From an uncultured Chromatiaceae bacterium (lineage in GTDB: Bacteria; Pseudomonadota; Gammaproteobacteria; Tenderiales; Tenderiaceae), in contig CALZIO010000006.1 of assembly GCA_945787785.1 (NCBI GenBank), positions 9,453-73,452 on the forward strand: a stretch of 64,000 bases of DNA, given 5' to 3'. The notes under the pieces are model-generated. The model was not told the DNA's origin. It worked only from the letters and a program-made list of their open reading frames with translations, and did not search any database. Of the stretch, positions 30,418 through 41,629 are shown one piece after another. The first letter of the stretch is position 1; every line of letters starts with the position of its first letter. Both the position numbers and the translations under genes were made by a program.

Positions 30418-30941
30418 TCTCCATAGACATAAGACATCAAACGCAATGGCACCGGAAAACTGTCTCGGTCTATTTCAATACGGATTTCGCCAAAATAACG
30501 GCCCTTTGGCTTGAGTAGACTGGTGTCCAGCAATGGAAAATCATTTAGTACAGAAACTACAGCCAGCAATGACTCCAGGCTGGGAAACTGAAACACCACC
30601 TCGCTGTTGAGGTTGTTGAGCACATAATGATCGGTTAATGGCTGATAGGAGATCTGATAGCGCTGCTCAAGTGTAGTGATCGTAGACGACCAAACAAAGC
30701 GGCGGTCCTTATTAATCTGGATATCGATGTTCAGATTCAAGTAAATACCATTTTGCAAGGCTTCAATCAGATCATCGCTTAAACGGAGACCGAACATGGC
30801 ATCCAGCCGCACAACATCTTCAACAACCGTTGATTGCGCCGACACGACCTCAAAACCTGGCCGCAGCTCCTGGCCATAAACCTGGGGCGCACCGACCAAG
30901 CCCAGCAACAGGATTACAATAAATGTGAGCCGCCGCCCCAT
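30372..30941 (-). CDS. DUF4390-like periplasmic protein
   Basis: Signal peptide. Conserved position between rsmB and the NtrY-like kinase. Recognition-level call. Confidence 0.6.
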   Translation of the reverse strand: MGRRLTFIVILLLGLVGAPQVYGQELRPGFEVVSAQSTVVEDVVRLDAMFGLRLSDDLIEALQNGIYLNLNIDIQINKDRRFVWSSTITTLEQRYQISYQPLTDHYVLNNLNSEVVFQFPSLESLLAVVSVLNDFPLLDTSLLKPKGRYFGEIRIEIDRDSFPVPLRLMSYVYGDWHLSSGWYKWSLQP

Positions 30942-30947
30942 TAATAG

Positions 30948-32255
30948 CTATCCTGCGATTTCCTGTTTGCGCAGACATGCATAATAAAAACCATCCATCC
31001 CCATTTGCCCAGGCAATATCTGCCGCCCAAAATCCTGTTCAGAACCCCACCCTGCCCTGATCGGAATATGCTCTGCATTATTTGTATCAGCACAAAACTG
31101 CTCTAGTTGTCGTACATTTTCTTGTGGTAGTACAGAGCACGTCACATATAACAGCATACCGCCTGGCTTTAACGAGGACCACAGGCTATGCAGAATTTGC
31201 CGTTGTAACGCCACCAGCTGTCCAATATCTGATTCACGTCGCAATAGCTTGATATCCGGGTGCCGTCGAATTACGCCAGTGGCTGAACAGGGAGCATCAA
31301 GCATAATGCGATCAAACATGACCCCATCCCACCATGAGTCTGCTTGGGTTGCATCTGCACACACGACGGATGCCGATAGTTGTAGGCGCGCCAGGTTTTG
31401 CTCCACGCGAACAAGCCGTTCACTATCATGATCAAGCGCCACCATCTCTGCCAGCTGCGGCTGGCGCTCCAATACGTGAGCGGTCTTTCCGCCGGGCGCA
31501 GCACACGCATCCAGGATGCGCTCGCCGGGCTGCGCATCCAATAACCCTGCCGCCAATTGTGCTGCTGCATCCTGAACAGAGAAATAACCGTCTGCAAAAC
31601 CTGGCAGACTTTCCACATCAACTGCGGCGCTTAATAAAAGACCCTCATCAGAAAACGGCAATTGAGTCGCTTGATAACCGGCCGCATCAAGCAAACCGAG
31701 ATAATCGGCACGATTGATATGACGGCAGTTAACCCTAAGGCACATCGGAGGATATTGGTTATTGGCTTCAAGCACAGCCCGCCAATCATCCGGATAGGCA
31801 GTGCGTATTTGCTGCACCAACCAGCGCGGATGAGCGTAGTTGGTCACGGGATCCTGCTCCAGGCCGGGCAGAATGGATTCCTGTTGGCGCTGAAAATTGC
31901 GCAGCACCGCATTCACCAGCGCCCTGGCCCAGGGCTTGTTCAAGGCCTTGGTCGCCGCCACGCTTTCCGACACCGCTGCATGATCAGGCACACGCAGATA
32001 CAACATTTGATACAGCCCAACCAGAATCAGACAATGGACATCACTATCCTTGGCTTTGAAGGGTTTGCGCAAAAACTGTTTGGCAATTGCATCAAGGCGC
32101 CAGTACCAGCGCGACACGCCATAACAAAGCTCTTGCAACAGGGCACGATCCGTAGTCGCGACTTGATCATGCCAGGCGGGCATGACGGCATTTAAGGAAC
32201 GGCCCTGCCGAATGACCTCCTCCAGCACTTTGGCAGCAGCCACCCGCACATTCAT
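30948..32255 (-). CDS. rsmB: 16S rRNA (cytosine967-C5)-methyltransferase
   Basis: NusB-like N-terminal domain, then DACAAPGGKT and the catalytic DAPCS and TCS motifs. Lies in the fmt-rsmB order. Confidence 0.9.
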   Translation of the reverse strand: MNVRVAAAKVLEEVIRQGRSLNAVMPAWHDQVATTDRALLQELCYGVSRWYWRLDAIAKQFLRKPFKAKDSDVHCLILVGLYQMLYLRVPDHAAVSESVAATKALNKPWARALVNAVLRNFQRQQESILPGLEQDPVTNYAHPRWLVQQIRTAYPDDWRAVLEANNQYPPMCLRVNCRHINRADYLGLLDAAGYQATQLPFSDEGLLLSAAVDVESLPGFADGYFSVQDAAAQLAAGLLDAQPGERILDACAAPGGKTAHVLERQPQLAEMVALDHDSERLVRVEQNLARLQLSASVVCADATQADSWWDGVMFDRIMLDAPCSATGVIRRHPDIKLLRRESDIGQLVALQRQILHSLWSSLKPGGMLLYVTCSVLPQENVRQLEQFCADTNNAEHIPIRAGWGSEQDFGRQILPGQMGMDGFYYACLRKQEIAG

Positions 32256-32259
32256 ATGC

Positions 32260-33228
32260 TTAGCTTGAGTTATCGACCGAACCTAGCCGAACACCCGGCT
32301 GCTTCAGTTCCTTGCGGGCATTGAGCAGGTCAACCACAGGCCGCGCTTTTCCACCAGGCAACTGGGCGTTCAGAATGCGCAGCACGCCTACACCACAGGC
32401 CACATCAATCCCCTCTTTGCTGGCTTTAATGACACTACCGGGTGATAGCTTTGCTTCAATATTATCAAGCGCATGAGCCTGCCAGATCCTCATTGACTGG
32501 CCATCATATTCAGTTTGTGCCACCGGCCATGGATTAAAGGCACGCACCAGTTGCTCAATTTCGATGGCAGGACGCTGCCAATCGATCATGGCCTCGGGCT
32601 TGGAAAGTTTGCTGGCATAATTGGCCTGATCATTGTCTTGTGGCTCTGAACTAGCAGTGCCTTGACTCAACTGGTCCAGCACTTCAATCACCGCATTGGC
32701 ACCTATCTTTGCCAGGCGGTCATGCAGTGATTGGGCGGTGTCCTCTCGACTGATTGGGCAAACACTTTTCATCAACATATCGCCTGTGTCCAGCCCCTCG
32801 TCCATCTGCATGATGGTGACGCCTGTTTCTTTATCACCCGCCAGGATTGCTCGCTGAATTGGTGCCGCCCCGCGCCAACGCGGCAACAACGAGGCATGTA
32901 TATTGATACACCCCAAGCGCGGAGCCTCGAGAACAGCTAAGGGCAAGAGCAAACCATAAGCCACGACCACCATGATATCCGCGCCGAGACTTTCGAGTTG
33001 TTGCTGTGCATTAGCATCTTTGAGGCTGATCGGCTGGTAGACACTAATGTCATTGTCTTGCGCCAACAACTTGACCGGACTGGGCGTCAGCTTGCGGCCC
33101 CTGCCAGCGGGCCGGTCAGGCTGGGTATAAACGGCAATGACTTCGTGCCCTGAATCAATTAGCGCCTGTAAGGCTTCAGCAGCAAACTCGGGGGTACCCG
33201 CAAAAATGACTTTTAATGAGTGTGACAT
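32260..33228 (-). CDS. fmt: methionyl-tRNA formyltransferase
   Basis: Contains [27 protein letters not shown] and the def-fmt order. Confidence 0.95.
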   Translation of the reverse strand: MSHSLKVIFAGTPEFAAEALQALIDSGHEVIAVYTQPDRPAGRGRKLTPSPVKLLAQDNDISVYQPISLKDANAQQQLESLGADIMVVVAYGLLLPLAVLEAPRLGCINIHASLLPRWRGAAPIQRAILAGDKETGVTIMQMDEGLDTGDMLMKSVCPISREDTAQSLHDRLAKIGANAVIEVLDQLSQGTASSEPQDNDQANYASKLSKPEAMIDWQRPAIEIEQLVRAFNPWPVAQTEYDGQSMRIWQAHALDNIEAKLSPGSVIKASKEGIDVACGVGVLRILNAQLPGGKARPVVDLLNARKELKQPGVRLGSVDNSS

Positions 33229-33256
33229 TTAGTTTTCCAGAAGATGGTCAAATACG

Positions 33257-33760
33257 TCAGAGCGTCTGACGACGCTGCTTTTCCATCTTCTTACGAATAC
33301 GCTGGCGCTTAAGACCGGAGAGATAATCTACAAATAATTTACCATCCAGATGATCGATCTCATGCTGAATACAAACGGCTTCGAGACCTGACACCTCTTT
33401 TTCAAACGGCTGGCCACCCCGGTCCAGCGCCTTGACACGAATCCAATCGGCGCGCTCGACGTTCTCATAGATGCCAGGCACTGACAGGCAACCTTCTTCC
33501 ATCAGCTCAACACCGCGGGTTTCCAGCAACTCCGGATTGATTAAAACCTGGGGGGCACTCTTATCTTCACTGATATCGATCACGATCACCCGCTTAAAAA
33601 CATCGACCTGTGGCGCAGCCAGGCCAATACCCGGAGCCTCATACATGGTCTCCAACATATCTTCGACTAGCTGACGAATCTCACCGTTCACCTCAACCAC
33701 GGGCTGGGAAAGATTTCTGAGACGCTCATCAGGAAAATGCAATATAGCTCTGATAGACAT
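33257..33760 (-). CDS. def: peptide deformylase
   Basis: Contains the three deformylase motifs [13 protein letters not shown] and HEIDH. Confidence 0.95.
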   Translation of the reverse strand: MSIRAILHFPDERLRNLSQPVVEVNGEIRQLVEDMLETMYEAPGIGLAAPQVDVFKRVIVIDISEDKSAPQVLINPELLETRGVELMEEGCLSVPGIYENVERADWIRVKALDRGGQPFEKEVSGLEAVCIQHEIDHLDGKLFVDYLSGLKRQRIRKKMEKQRRQTL

Positions 33761-33919
33761 AACAAAAGATAAAATATTTACTCGAGCTGCCGATTATACT
33801 GCTGAACTGGAATGATATCACCGTAATCCGATACATCTTTGATAAATCCCAGCTTGGTGCAATATCAGTTATTAGCTACACTCGACCTGGATAATGGAAC
33901 ATTTTATTAAGGAAGGCTT

Positions 33920-34963
33920 ATGTCAATCAGGAATGCACTGCTAGCCCTAGTCGCTAGTCTCTGCTTAAATACCAGCATTTTTGCCGACACACTGGCACTT
34001 AACCCGGATCATCCACAGAGTTATGTCGTCGTCAAAGGTGACACCTTGTGGGATATCTCTTCGAAATTCCTGCGTGACCCGTGGCGCTGGCCAGAGATCT
34101 GGCATATTAATCCTGAGATCAATAACCCTCACCTTATATATCCTGGTGACATTATCACCTTAGTCTACCGTGACGGAAAACCGGTGCTGGAAGTTACCCG
34201 GGGGCGACCGACCGTCAAGCTTTCCCCTTCTACTCGTAGCAGCCGTCTCGACAGCGCCATAAGTACGATCCCGACCAATGCCATTGCTCAATTTCTGACA
34301 CGGCCGAGAATATTGACCGAAGAGCAGCTAAAAAAGGCGGGCTATGTTAGTCATGCCGAAGGCGATCATCTTATTAGTGGCACCGTCGGTAGCAAAATCT
34401 ATGTCACCGACCTAAAGCAGGATGAAAACAAGGATTTCAGCATCTACAACGTCGGCAAAGTTTATCTCAACCCGAAAAACCCGAACGACATTCTTGGCTA
34501 TGAGGCAATCCATGTCTCTGATGCAAAATTGATCCGTGAAGGCGATCCCGCTACGCTGAGCTTAATTAAGAGCTATCGTGAAACGCAGCTTGGCAACAAA
34601 GTGTTAGCGACAGATGAAGAACAGATCAGTCACAGCTTTACACCGCATGCACCAGATCACAACACGGAAGGTGAAATCATCAATATCTTAGGCGGCATGT
34701 CGCGTGGCGGCCAATATCAAACCGTAGTGATCAATATGGGAGAACGCGAAGGCTTAGAGCAAGGCCACGTGTTGGCGGTACGCAAAAAAGGCGGCACCAT
34801 TATCGACAAACATTCTTCCGATCACAGTAAACGTGAAATTCAACTGCCTGATGAGCTCTCTGGATTGCTGATGGTCGTCAACACCTTTGACCGAGTCAGT
34901 TATGCCCTGGTTGTGAAAGCCATCAAGGATATTAGCGTGGGCGACCCCATTACCAACCCCTAA
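33920..34963 (+). CDS. LysM peptidoglycan-binding domain protein
   Basis: Signal peptide, then the LysM motif YVVVKGDTLWDISSKFL. Conserved position divergent from def and upstream of dprA. Confidence 0.75.
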   Translation: MSIRNALLALVASLCLNTSIFADTLALNPDHPQSYVVVKGDTLWDISSKFLRDPWRWPEIWHINPEINNPHLIYPGDIITLVYRDGKPVLEVTRGRPTVKLSPSTRSSRLDSAISTIPTNAIAQFLTRPRILTEEQLKKAGYVSHAEGDHLISGTVGSKIYVTDLKQDENKDFSIYNVGKVYLNPKNPNDILGYEAIHVSDAKLIREGDPATLSLIKSYRETQLGNKVLATDEEQISHSFTPHAPDHNTEGEIINILGGMSRGGQYQTVVINMGEREGLEQGHVLAVRKKGGTIIDKHSSDHSKREIQLPDELSGLLMVVNTFDRVSYALVVKAIKDISVGDPITNP

Positions 34964-34984
34964 CGGAAATGCTAATCTGATGGC

Positions 34985-36133
34985 ATGGACGCCATCAGAG
35001 TTGATAATTCATATATATCCGAGCCAAGTTTAGATGAAACCTCACTAAGTGCTTGGCTCGCCCTGCTGCATTGCCCCGGTATCGGACCGCGTCGCTATCA
35101 GACATTATTAGAATTTTATGGCCAACCGAAGGCCTTGCTTGATGCCGGCCCCGGCGAGATCAACCGCCTTCAACTCCCGAAGGAAAGCAAGGAGTGGCTG
35201 AAACAACCCGACTTGAGCAAAATTGAAGCCGATCTGAGCTGGCTACAAAGCAGCTCTGAACACCACATAATCACCCTCCAGGACCCACGTTACCCAGAGC
35301 GACTCAAACAGATCGACTCCGCACCACCCATGTTATTTGTTAATGGCAAACCTGAGCTGCTGAAGACGCTTCAGCTCGGTATGGTCGGCAGCCGAAACCC
35401 CAGCGCCGGCGGCAAAGAAAACGCTTTCAACTTTGCTCAGAGCCTCAGCCAGGCCGGCCTGACCATCACCAGCGGCATGGCCTTGGGCATTGATGCCGCC
35501 GCCCATCAAGGTGCATTAGCTGGCAGCGGTCAAACCATTGCTGTGACCGGTACCGGACTCGACAGGGTCTATCCTGCCAGACACCGTAAACTGGCCCATG
35601 AAATCGCCTCGAATGGTGCGTTAATCTCTGAGTTTCCACACGGTACGCCGCCTTTGGCCGATCACTTCCCGCGCCGCAACCGCATCATCAGTGGCCTCAG
35701 CCTTGGCATCCTGGTGGTCGAGGCCGCCCCCAAGAGTGGCTCGCTGATCACCGCCCGCTTTGCCACTGAACAGGCGCGCGAGGTGTTTGCCATTCCCGGC
35801 TCAATCCACAATCCATTGGCACGCGGTTGCCATAACCTGATCCGCCAGGGTGCCAAACTGGTGGAAACCATTGATGATATTGTGACCGAATTAGGAATAA
35901 GCACGAACCTCAACCCCAATCCACAGTCAAACAAGGCTGACAATCCTGAACTTGATGCAAGCTCGTTGAAATTATTATCAATTATGGGACATGACCCGGT
36001 GAGCATCGATACTTTAGTAGCACGCAGCGAACTTAATCCCGAGACGGTCATCTCAATTCTACTGGTATTGGAATTACAGGGAATGGTATCCTGCCACGCA
36101 GGTGGACTCTATATGAAGGCAATTGACTGCTAA
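34985..36133 (+). CDS. dprA: DNA-processing protein A (Smf)
   Basis: Contains GSRNPS..G, GMALGIDAAAH and FPRRNRIISGLS, the Rossmann-like DprA core. Confidence 0.9.
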   Translation: MDAIRVDNSYISEPSLDETSLSAWLALLHCPGIGPRRYQTLLEFYGQPKALLDAGPGEINRLQLPKESKEWLKQPDLSKIEADLSWLQSSSEHHIITLQDPRYPERLKQIDSAPPMLFVNGKPELLKTLQLGMVGSRNPSAGGKENAFNFAQSLSQAGLTITSGMALGIDAAAHQGALAGSGQTIAVTGTGLDRVYPARHRKLAHEIASNGALISEFPHGTPPLADHFPRRNRIISGLSLGILVVEAAPKSGSLITARFATEQAREVFAIPGSIHNPLARGCHNLIRQGAKLVETIDDIVTELGISTNLNPNPQSNKADNPELDASSLKLLSIMGHDPVSIDTLVARSELNPETVISILLVLELQGMVSCHAGGLYMKAIDC

Positions 36134-36609
36134 TGAAAGAAAATGTACTCGACATCCTGATGTATCTATTCGAACACTGCCTCGACGGTGAAACCGGCGC
36201 TATGCCGGACGAGAAGGATCTACGCGAGCATCTCGATAGCGCAGGATTCCACAACCTAGATGTGGAAAAAGCCTTTAATTGGCTCGAAGATCTCAGCAAT
36301 GCCAGGGATAGCAGCTTCAGCAGCCCACTCTCCGGCAGGTCTATGCGCATATTCAGCAGTCAGGAAATTGCCAAGATGGATGTCGAATGCCGTGGCTTCC
36401 TGATCTTTTTAGAACAGACAGGTGTGCTCGATCCAATCGATCGTGAATTGGTGATCGATCGCGCCATGGCCCTGGAAACACATGAAATTGATTTGCCGCA
36501 GTTGAAGTGGGTGATTCTCATGGTCTTGTTCAATCAGCCGGGCCATGAAGCAGCATTTGCCTGGATGGAAGATTTGATTTTTGACGAGATTTCAGAGCAT
36601 CTTCATTAA
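36133..36609 (+). CDS. smg: Smg (DUF494) protein
   Basis: Begins MKENVLDILMYLFE. Start overlaps the dprA stop (TAATG). Canonical dprA-smg-topA order. Confidence 0.85.
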   Translation: MKENVLDILMYLFEHCLDGETGAMPDEKDLREHLDSAGFHNLDVEKAFNWLEDLSNARDSSFSSPLSGRSMRIFSSQEIAKMDVECRGFLIFLEQTGVLDPIDRELVIDRAMALETHEIDLPQLKWVILMVLFNQPGHEAAFAWMEDLIFDEISEHLH

Positions 36610-36726
36610 TCACAATAAAATAGTCGCGCCACAGAGCAAATATAGGCGTTTATAAAGACAAACCTAAACTCTGTGTTGTTTCGTCCGTTACTCCCAAAAC
36701 AATCAACTGAACTAACTTCTAAATAA

Positions 36727-39030
36727 ATGAGCACAAATTTAGTCATTGTAGAGTCACCGGCGAAGGCTAAAACGATCAAGAAATACCTTGGCAAGGGCTA
36801 CGAGGTAATGGCTTCGTATGGCCATGTTCGCGACCTACTGCCCAAAGAAGGTGCTGTTGATCCGAGCAATGACTTCGCCATGAAGTATCAGATCATCGAG
36901 AAAAACCAGAAGCACATCGATGCCATCGTCAAAGCGATGAAAAAATCTGATGCCCTCTACCTCGCCACTGACCCGGATCGTGAAGGTGAAGCAATCTCAT
37001 GGCATATCTGCGAACACCTCAAAGAGAAGAAACTGCTCAAGGATAAAGAGGTTCATCGCGTCGTTTTTCACGAAATAACTAAACGCGCCATTCAGGAGGC
37101 GATGGATAACCCTCGCCCACTGGCCGAAGACCTGGTAAATGCCCAACAGGCGCGCCGGGCACTGGATTTCCTGGTCGGCTTTAATCTTTCACCGTTGCTA
37201 TGGAAAAAGATCCGTCGCGGACTCTCTGCCGGCCGGGTACAGAGCCCTGCCCTGCGCATGATCGTCGAGCGCGAACTTGAAATCGAGAAGTTCGAAGCAA
37301 AAGAATACTGGACCATCGAGGCCGACCTCAAAAAAGGCGACAGCGCCCAATTCATGGGCAAACTGACCTACTTTGAAGGTGAAAAACTGACGCAATTCAG
37401 CGTCAACAATGAAAAACAAGCCCTCAGCACCGAACAGACTCTCAACAAAGCCGCGAATGGCACGCTCAAGGTCATCAAGGTCGATAAACGCAAACGTAAG
37501 CGCAACCCGGCACCACCGTTTATCACCTCGACCCTGCAACAGGAAGCCTCGCGCAAAATCGGCTTTACCGCGCAACGCACCATGCGTACAGCACAACAAC
37601 TGTATGAAGGTATCGATACCGGCAGCGGCGCCATCGGTCTGATTAGCTACATGCGTACTGATTCTGTCAATCTGGCACAAGAGGCAGTGGACGAAATTCG
37701 CGGCTTTATCGATCAACGTTATGGCAAGGACAATCTGCCCGAAACGCCCAACGTCTACAAAACTAAATCCAAGAATGCCCAGGAGGCTCATGAAGCGATT
37801 CGACCAACGTCTATCCTGAATGAACCTGCTGCAATTAAAGAGCATCTGACAAAAGATCAGTTTAAATTGTATGAGCTTATCTGGAAGCGCACTCTATCCT
37901 GCCAGATGATTCACGCCACCATTAATACTATGGCGGTTGACTTGGCTGCGGGCAGCGAGCAAAACCTGTTTCGTGCCAACGGTTCATCGATTGAGACACC
38001 CGGCTTTATGGCTGTCTATCAGGAAGATGTGGATGACGCCAAAGCCAGCGATGATGAAAAAATGCTGCCTGCGCTGGTAGAAGGCAACGAAATCAATCTG
38101 CTCAAAATACGTCCTGAGCAGCATTTTACTGAGCCACCGCCGCGCTACAGTGAAGCCAGTTTGGTAAAAACACTGGAAGAACATGGCATAGGCCGCCCCT
38201 CCACCTATGCCTCGATCATCTCGACCCTGCAGCAACGCGAATACGTTACGCTCGAGAAGCGCCGCTTCAAACCGACCGACGTGGGTCGTATCGTCAATAA
38301 GTTTCTGACGGAATATTTCTTCAAATACGTCGACTACGAATTTACCGCCAAGCTTGAAGATGAGCTGGATGCCATCTCGCGCGGCGAGGAAGACTGGCTG
38401 CCGCTACTGGCCTCATTCTGGTCACCCTTCAAACATCTGATCGATGAGACCGAAGCTAACGTCAGCCGTCAGGATGTGACTCACGAAGCACTGGATGAAG
38501 AGTGCCCCAAATGTAGCAAACCGCTGTCGATTCGACTAGGCCGCCGCGGTCGGTTTGTCGGCTGCACCGGGTTTCCTGAGTGCGATTACACCCGCAGTCT
38601 TGATGAAGATGCAGAATCTGCCGCCGAGCCCGAAGTGGTAGAAGGCCGCACCTGCCCCAAATGCGATTCTCCACTCATCATCCGAACCGGTCGCTATGGC
38701 AAGTTTATTGGCTGCTCGGCCTACCCGGACTGCAAACATATTGAACCGATAGATAAACCCCAAGATACCGGCGTCGAATGCCCCGAGTGTCATAAAGGCA
38801 CTATGGTGTCGCGCAAGTCACGTTACGGCAAACTATTCTACTCCTGCTCATGTTATCCGGAGTGTAAATATGCTGTCTGGAATGAGCCCGTCAATGAACC
38901 CTGCCCTAACTGCGACTGGCCTATCCTAACCTTGAAGACGACTAAACGTAAGGGCACAGAAAAGATCTGTCCGCAAAAAGAATGTGGCTACTCGGAACCG
39001 GTAGAATCAGACGAGCAAGAAGCTTCCTGA
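36727..39030 (+). CDS. topA: DNA topoisomerase I
   Basis: TOPRIM N-terminus LVIVESPAKAKTIKKYLG, active-site region SYMRTDS, and multiple C-terminal C4 zinc ribbons. Confidence 0.95.
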   Translation: MSTNLVIVESPAKAKTIKKYLGKGYEVMASYGHVRDLLPKEGAVDPSNDFAMKYQIIEKNQKHIDAIVKAMKKSDALYLATDPDREGEAISWHICEHLKEKKLLKDKEVHRVVFHEITKRAIQEAMDNPRPLAEDLVNAQQARRALDFLVGFNLSPLLWKKIRRGLSAGRVQSPALRMIVERELEIEKFEAKEYWTIEADLKKGDSAQFMGKLTYFEGEKLTQFSVNNEKQALSTEQTLNKAANGTLKVIKVDKRKRKRNPAPPFITSTLQQEASRKIGFTAQRTMRTAQQLYEGIDTGSGAIGLISYMRTDSVNLAQEAVDEIRGFIDQRYGKDNLPETPNVYKTKSKNAQEAHEAIRPTSILNEPAAIKEHLTKDQFKLYELIWKRTLSCQMIHATINTMAVDLAAGSEQNLFRANGSSIETPGFMAVYQEDVDDAKASDDEKMLPALVEGNEINLLKIRPEQHFTEPPPRYSEASLVKTLEEHGIGRPSTYASIISTLQQREYVTLEKRRFKPTDVGRIVNKFLTEYFFKYVDYEFTAKLEDELDAISRGEEDWLPLLASFWSPFKHLIDETEANVSRQDVTHEALDEECPKCSKPLSIRLGRRGRFVGCTGFPECDYTRSLDEDAESAAEPEVVEGRTCPKCDSPLIIRTGRYGKFIGCSAYPDCKHIEPIDKPQDTGVECPECHKGTMVSRKSRYGKLFYSCSCYPECKYAVWNEPVNEPCPNCDWPILTLKTTKRKGTEKICPQKECGYSEPVESDEQEAS

Positions 39031-39033
39031 TTA

Positions 39034-39981
39034 CTACTCCTCTTCAATCTCTTTAGCCCGCCCACCTGCCATTGCCTCCTCGATCGCTGGCCTGGTCAGG
39101 TGTGGCGCAAACATCTCGATAAATTCGTAAACATATTTGCGTAAAAACGCACCACGGCGAATACCAATGCGTGTGGTGCTAGGCTCAAATAGATGTGAGG
39201 CATCGATTGCCCTGAGGTTGCTGTCGCGCACAGGATCAAATGCCATCTTGGCCAACACGCCCACCCCAAGCCCAAGTTCAACATAAGTCTTGATGACATC
39301 GGAGTCGATTGCTGTCAGCACAATGTTGGGTTCAAGTCCTGCGGAGTCAAACGCCTTGTTGATCATGGTCCGTCCCGCCACGGCGAAATCATAGGTAACT
39401 ATGGGATATTCAGCTAACGCCTCTAACGTCAAAGGCGATTCATTCAACAAAGGGTGCTCCGGTGGACAGACAACACAGCGATTCCATTCATAACATGGCA
39501 TCATCACCAAGTCTGGATACTCAGAAATGGCTTCCGTAGCGATGGCGATATCGACAATGCCTTTTGCTGCCAAGTCAGCCGCATGCACCGGACTGCCCTG
39601 ATGCAACTCTAATCGCACGTCAGGATATTTACCTTTAAATACCGTGACGACGGGAGGCAAAGCATAACGTGCCTGGGTATGAGTGGTGGCAATAGCCAAG
39701 CGGCCACTGGCCTCGGCTGAATACTCACCACTGACCTTTTTGATATTGTCGACTTCTTGTAACACCCGCTCGACAATATCCAGAATCTGTAAACCGGGTT
39801 CGGTAACACCCACCAGGCGCTTGCCGTTTCGTTCAAAAATTTGAACGTTAAGCTCATCCTCCAACAGACGGATTTGGCTACTCACGCCTGGCTGGGCGGT
39901 ATGCAAAGCATCGGCAGCGGCTGAGACGTTCAGGCCGCGCCGGGCAACTTCGCGAATATAGATAAGTTGTTGAAGTTTCAT
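39034..39981 (-). CDS. cysB: LysR-family transcriptional regulator, CysB-like
   Basis: Begins MKLQQLIYIREVARRGLNVSAAADALHTAQPGVSSQIRLLEDEL, closely resembling the CysB/Cbl N-terminus. 315 aa. Confidence 0.7.
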   Translation of the reverse strand: MKLQQLIYIREVARRGLNVSAAADALHTAQPGVSSQIRLLEDELNVQIFERNGKRLVGVTEPGLQILDIVERVLQEVDNIKKVSGEYSAEASGRLAIATTHTQARYALPPVVTVFKGKYPDVRLELHQGSPVHAADLAAKGIVDIAIATEAISEYPDLVMMPCYEWNRCVVCPPEHPLLNESPLTLEALAEYPIVTYDFAVAGRTMINKAFDSAGLEPNIVLTAIDSDVIKTYVELGLGVGVLAKMAFDPVRDSNLRAIDASHLFEPSTTRIGIRRGAFLRKYVYEFIEMFAPHLTRPAIEEAMAGGRAKEIEEE

Positions 39982-40167
39982 AGCGCTAATATACCGTTTA
40001 AGAATAATACTAGAGCATCATATTCTTATTCTCAATATAATAATTGCTAGCGCTATGAATAGACTCGAAATTGCATCTAACAAACCAGATGAGAATTATC
40101 ACAATTTAGAATTTGTGATGAATAAATTCGCGCAAGCACCCTGCTCAAACGAATTCCGCGGGATTAT

Positions 40168-40194
40168 AAAACCTTCTCATAATGAGAAGGTTTT
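40168..40194 (-). terminator. bidirectional-type rho-independent terminator after the DUF4124 gene
   Basis: AAAACCTTCTC-ataat-GAGAAGGTTTT, with A/T runs on both sides. Confidence 0.7.
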
Positions 40195-40211
40195 ATGATT
40201 GAAGTGATGGC

Positions 40212-40703
40212 TTAGCGTAATGTTCGTAACTGTTGCTGCAGTTCAGTGGCTCGCCCCTCTAATTGCTTGATTTCATTCTCTTGCCGCTCAATCCGCTCAA
40301 AATAGCTTTGCGTTAACCGTGAACCACCACCTGCGCTACCCTGGCGCTCACCGGGTTGCGGCTGTCTGTTCGCTTCCAACTCCGAACGTGCCTGCTCAAG
40401 GCGTGCATTGGTATCATTAAGCTCATTCTGTAATGCCTGTCGGCTTTGTTGGCGCTGATCAATTCGCTCACCTGCCTGGTCAACTGATTGCTGCATGTTT
40501 TGCTCAGCACTGGGGGAAGTCGTATTCGTTGGCGGAATCGATTGCAGCTCAAGATTTTTCTTGTCCACATCTGCGGGGGGCGTATCTGAAAACATAATAG
40601 TGCCGTCCTCCGCCTGCCATCTATACACTTTTTCTTGCGCCATTGCTGGAGCAATAAATAGCAGCGATAAAAGCACCAGCGGGATTGATTTTTTCTTGTT
40701 CAT
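40212..40703 (-). CDS. DUF4124-like secreted coiled-coil protein
   Basis: Signal peptide, then the YRWQAEDGTIMFSDTPP motif and a Gln/Glu-rich coiled coil. Confidence 0.6.
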   Translation of the reverse strand: MNKKKSIPLVLLSLLFIAPAMAQEKVYRWQAEDGTIMFSDTPPADVDKKNLELQSIPPTNTTSPSAEQNMQQSVDQAGERIDQRQQSRQALQNELNDTNARLEQARSELEANRQPQPGERQGSAGGGSRLTQSYFERIERQENEIKQLEGRATELQQQLRTLR

Positions 40704-40920
40704 AAGCAGATTTTAGAACTCCAAAACTAAATACACATCACTCATTATCATAGACGGCTGAGCCTTATAAAAACCTGAATCAGACCCAAGAATATCAAAC
40801 CAGTCTATCGATAAAACCAAAAAGTATATGCAAAATAATAACTTAGTGGAACGGTCATAAATACAAACAAAATTTTTGTTGCTATACTCATTTTGCAGTA
40901 TAGGCTGAGGAGGGCTGATT

Positions 40921-41112
40921 ATGCTATCTAACAAGTTAGCGCTGACGCGCTCAACCAAGTTTACCTGGAAAGAAGTCCGGCGCCTCATTGAAGAAGCAGG
41001 CGTTCAAGATGATGATGAAATTGATTGCATTGAAATCTCTTGGGGAACCGCTGATCAGGTGAAACTCAACAAAGACGAAGACTTCGGCTGGCAGATTCGC
41101 CAAAGCTGTTAA
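40921..41112 (+). CDS. hypothetical small protein (63 aa)
   Basis: SD GAGGAG lies upstream. Own terminator at 41142-41170. No family recognised. Confidence 0.45.
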   Translation: MLSNKLALTRSTKFTWKEVRRLIEEAGVQDDDEIDCIEISWGTADQVKLNKDEDFGWQIRQSC

Positions 41113-41141
41113 CGCTTTCAATTATCAATAAAATATTCGAT

Positions 41142-41170
41142 TTGGGCTCTTTTTTGAGCCCAATGTTTTA
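41142..41170 (+). terminator. rho-independent terminator
   Basis: TTGGGCTC-tttttt-GAGCCCAA followed by TGTTTTA. Confidence 0.6.
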
Positions 41171-41322
41171 TCCCCCACACAATTCTATTTATTACTTGAG
41201 CTTGAAACTCAGGAATATTGATCTACACTTTTTCTGATCGCTTCTATTTGTAGCGATGCGGTCTATTAGGCATTAATGAACATTCATCAATTTGCAAATA
41301 GATTTTTGGGGAGAAGCTACAC

Positions 41323-41457
41323 ATGAGCACCGATTCAAACGAAAAAAAAGAACTTTATCCTAAGAAAGATATCATCACGGTTTTATGCGGAATACCCATT
41401 GTCGCAAGCGTCGGGGTATTTCTAGCCAACTTTGTTACCTCCTACGCCGGCCTGTAA
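41323..41457 (+). CDS. candidate 44-aa single-TM peptide
   Basis: MSTDSNEKKELYPKKDIITVLCGIPIVASVGVFLANFVTSYAGL. Purine-rich GGGGAGAAG lies 8 nt upstream. A strong terminator follows immediately. Below the ORF-track length cut-off. Confidence 0.35.
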   Translation: MSTDSNEKKELYPKKDIITVLCGIPIVASVGVFLANFVTSYAGL

Positions 41458-41483
41458 ACCCCCTCAACCCGGTAACCATTGTG

Positions 41484-41509
41484 CCCCCAGTCTCCCTGGG
41501 GGTATTTTT
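41484..41509 (+). terminator. rho-independent terminator
   Basis: CCCCCAG-tctcc-CTGGGGG followed by TATTTTT. Confidence 0.75.
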
Positions 41510-41629
41510 GTATATTACCAAATAATAATCTAAAGCATCAGCACATACCCCCGATATATTGTGTGTGACCAAGCTAAATGACACAATATATTGAGCATAA
41601 TATTTATAAGCGCACCAGGAGGTACTACG

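Noticed and set aside
35807-35820. Sigma54-like element TGGCACgcggTTGC.
   Set aside because: The GG-to-GC spacing is one nt short of the consensus. It lies inside the dprA coding sequence, with no downstream gene start to serve.
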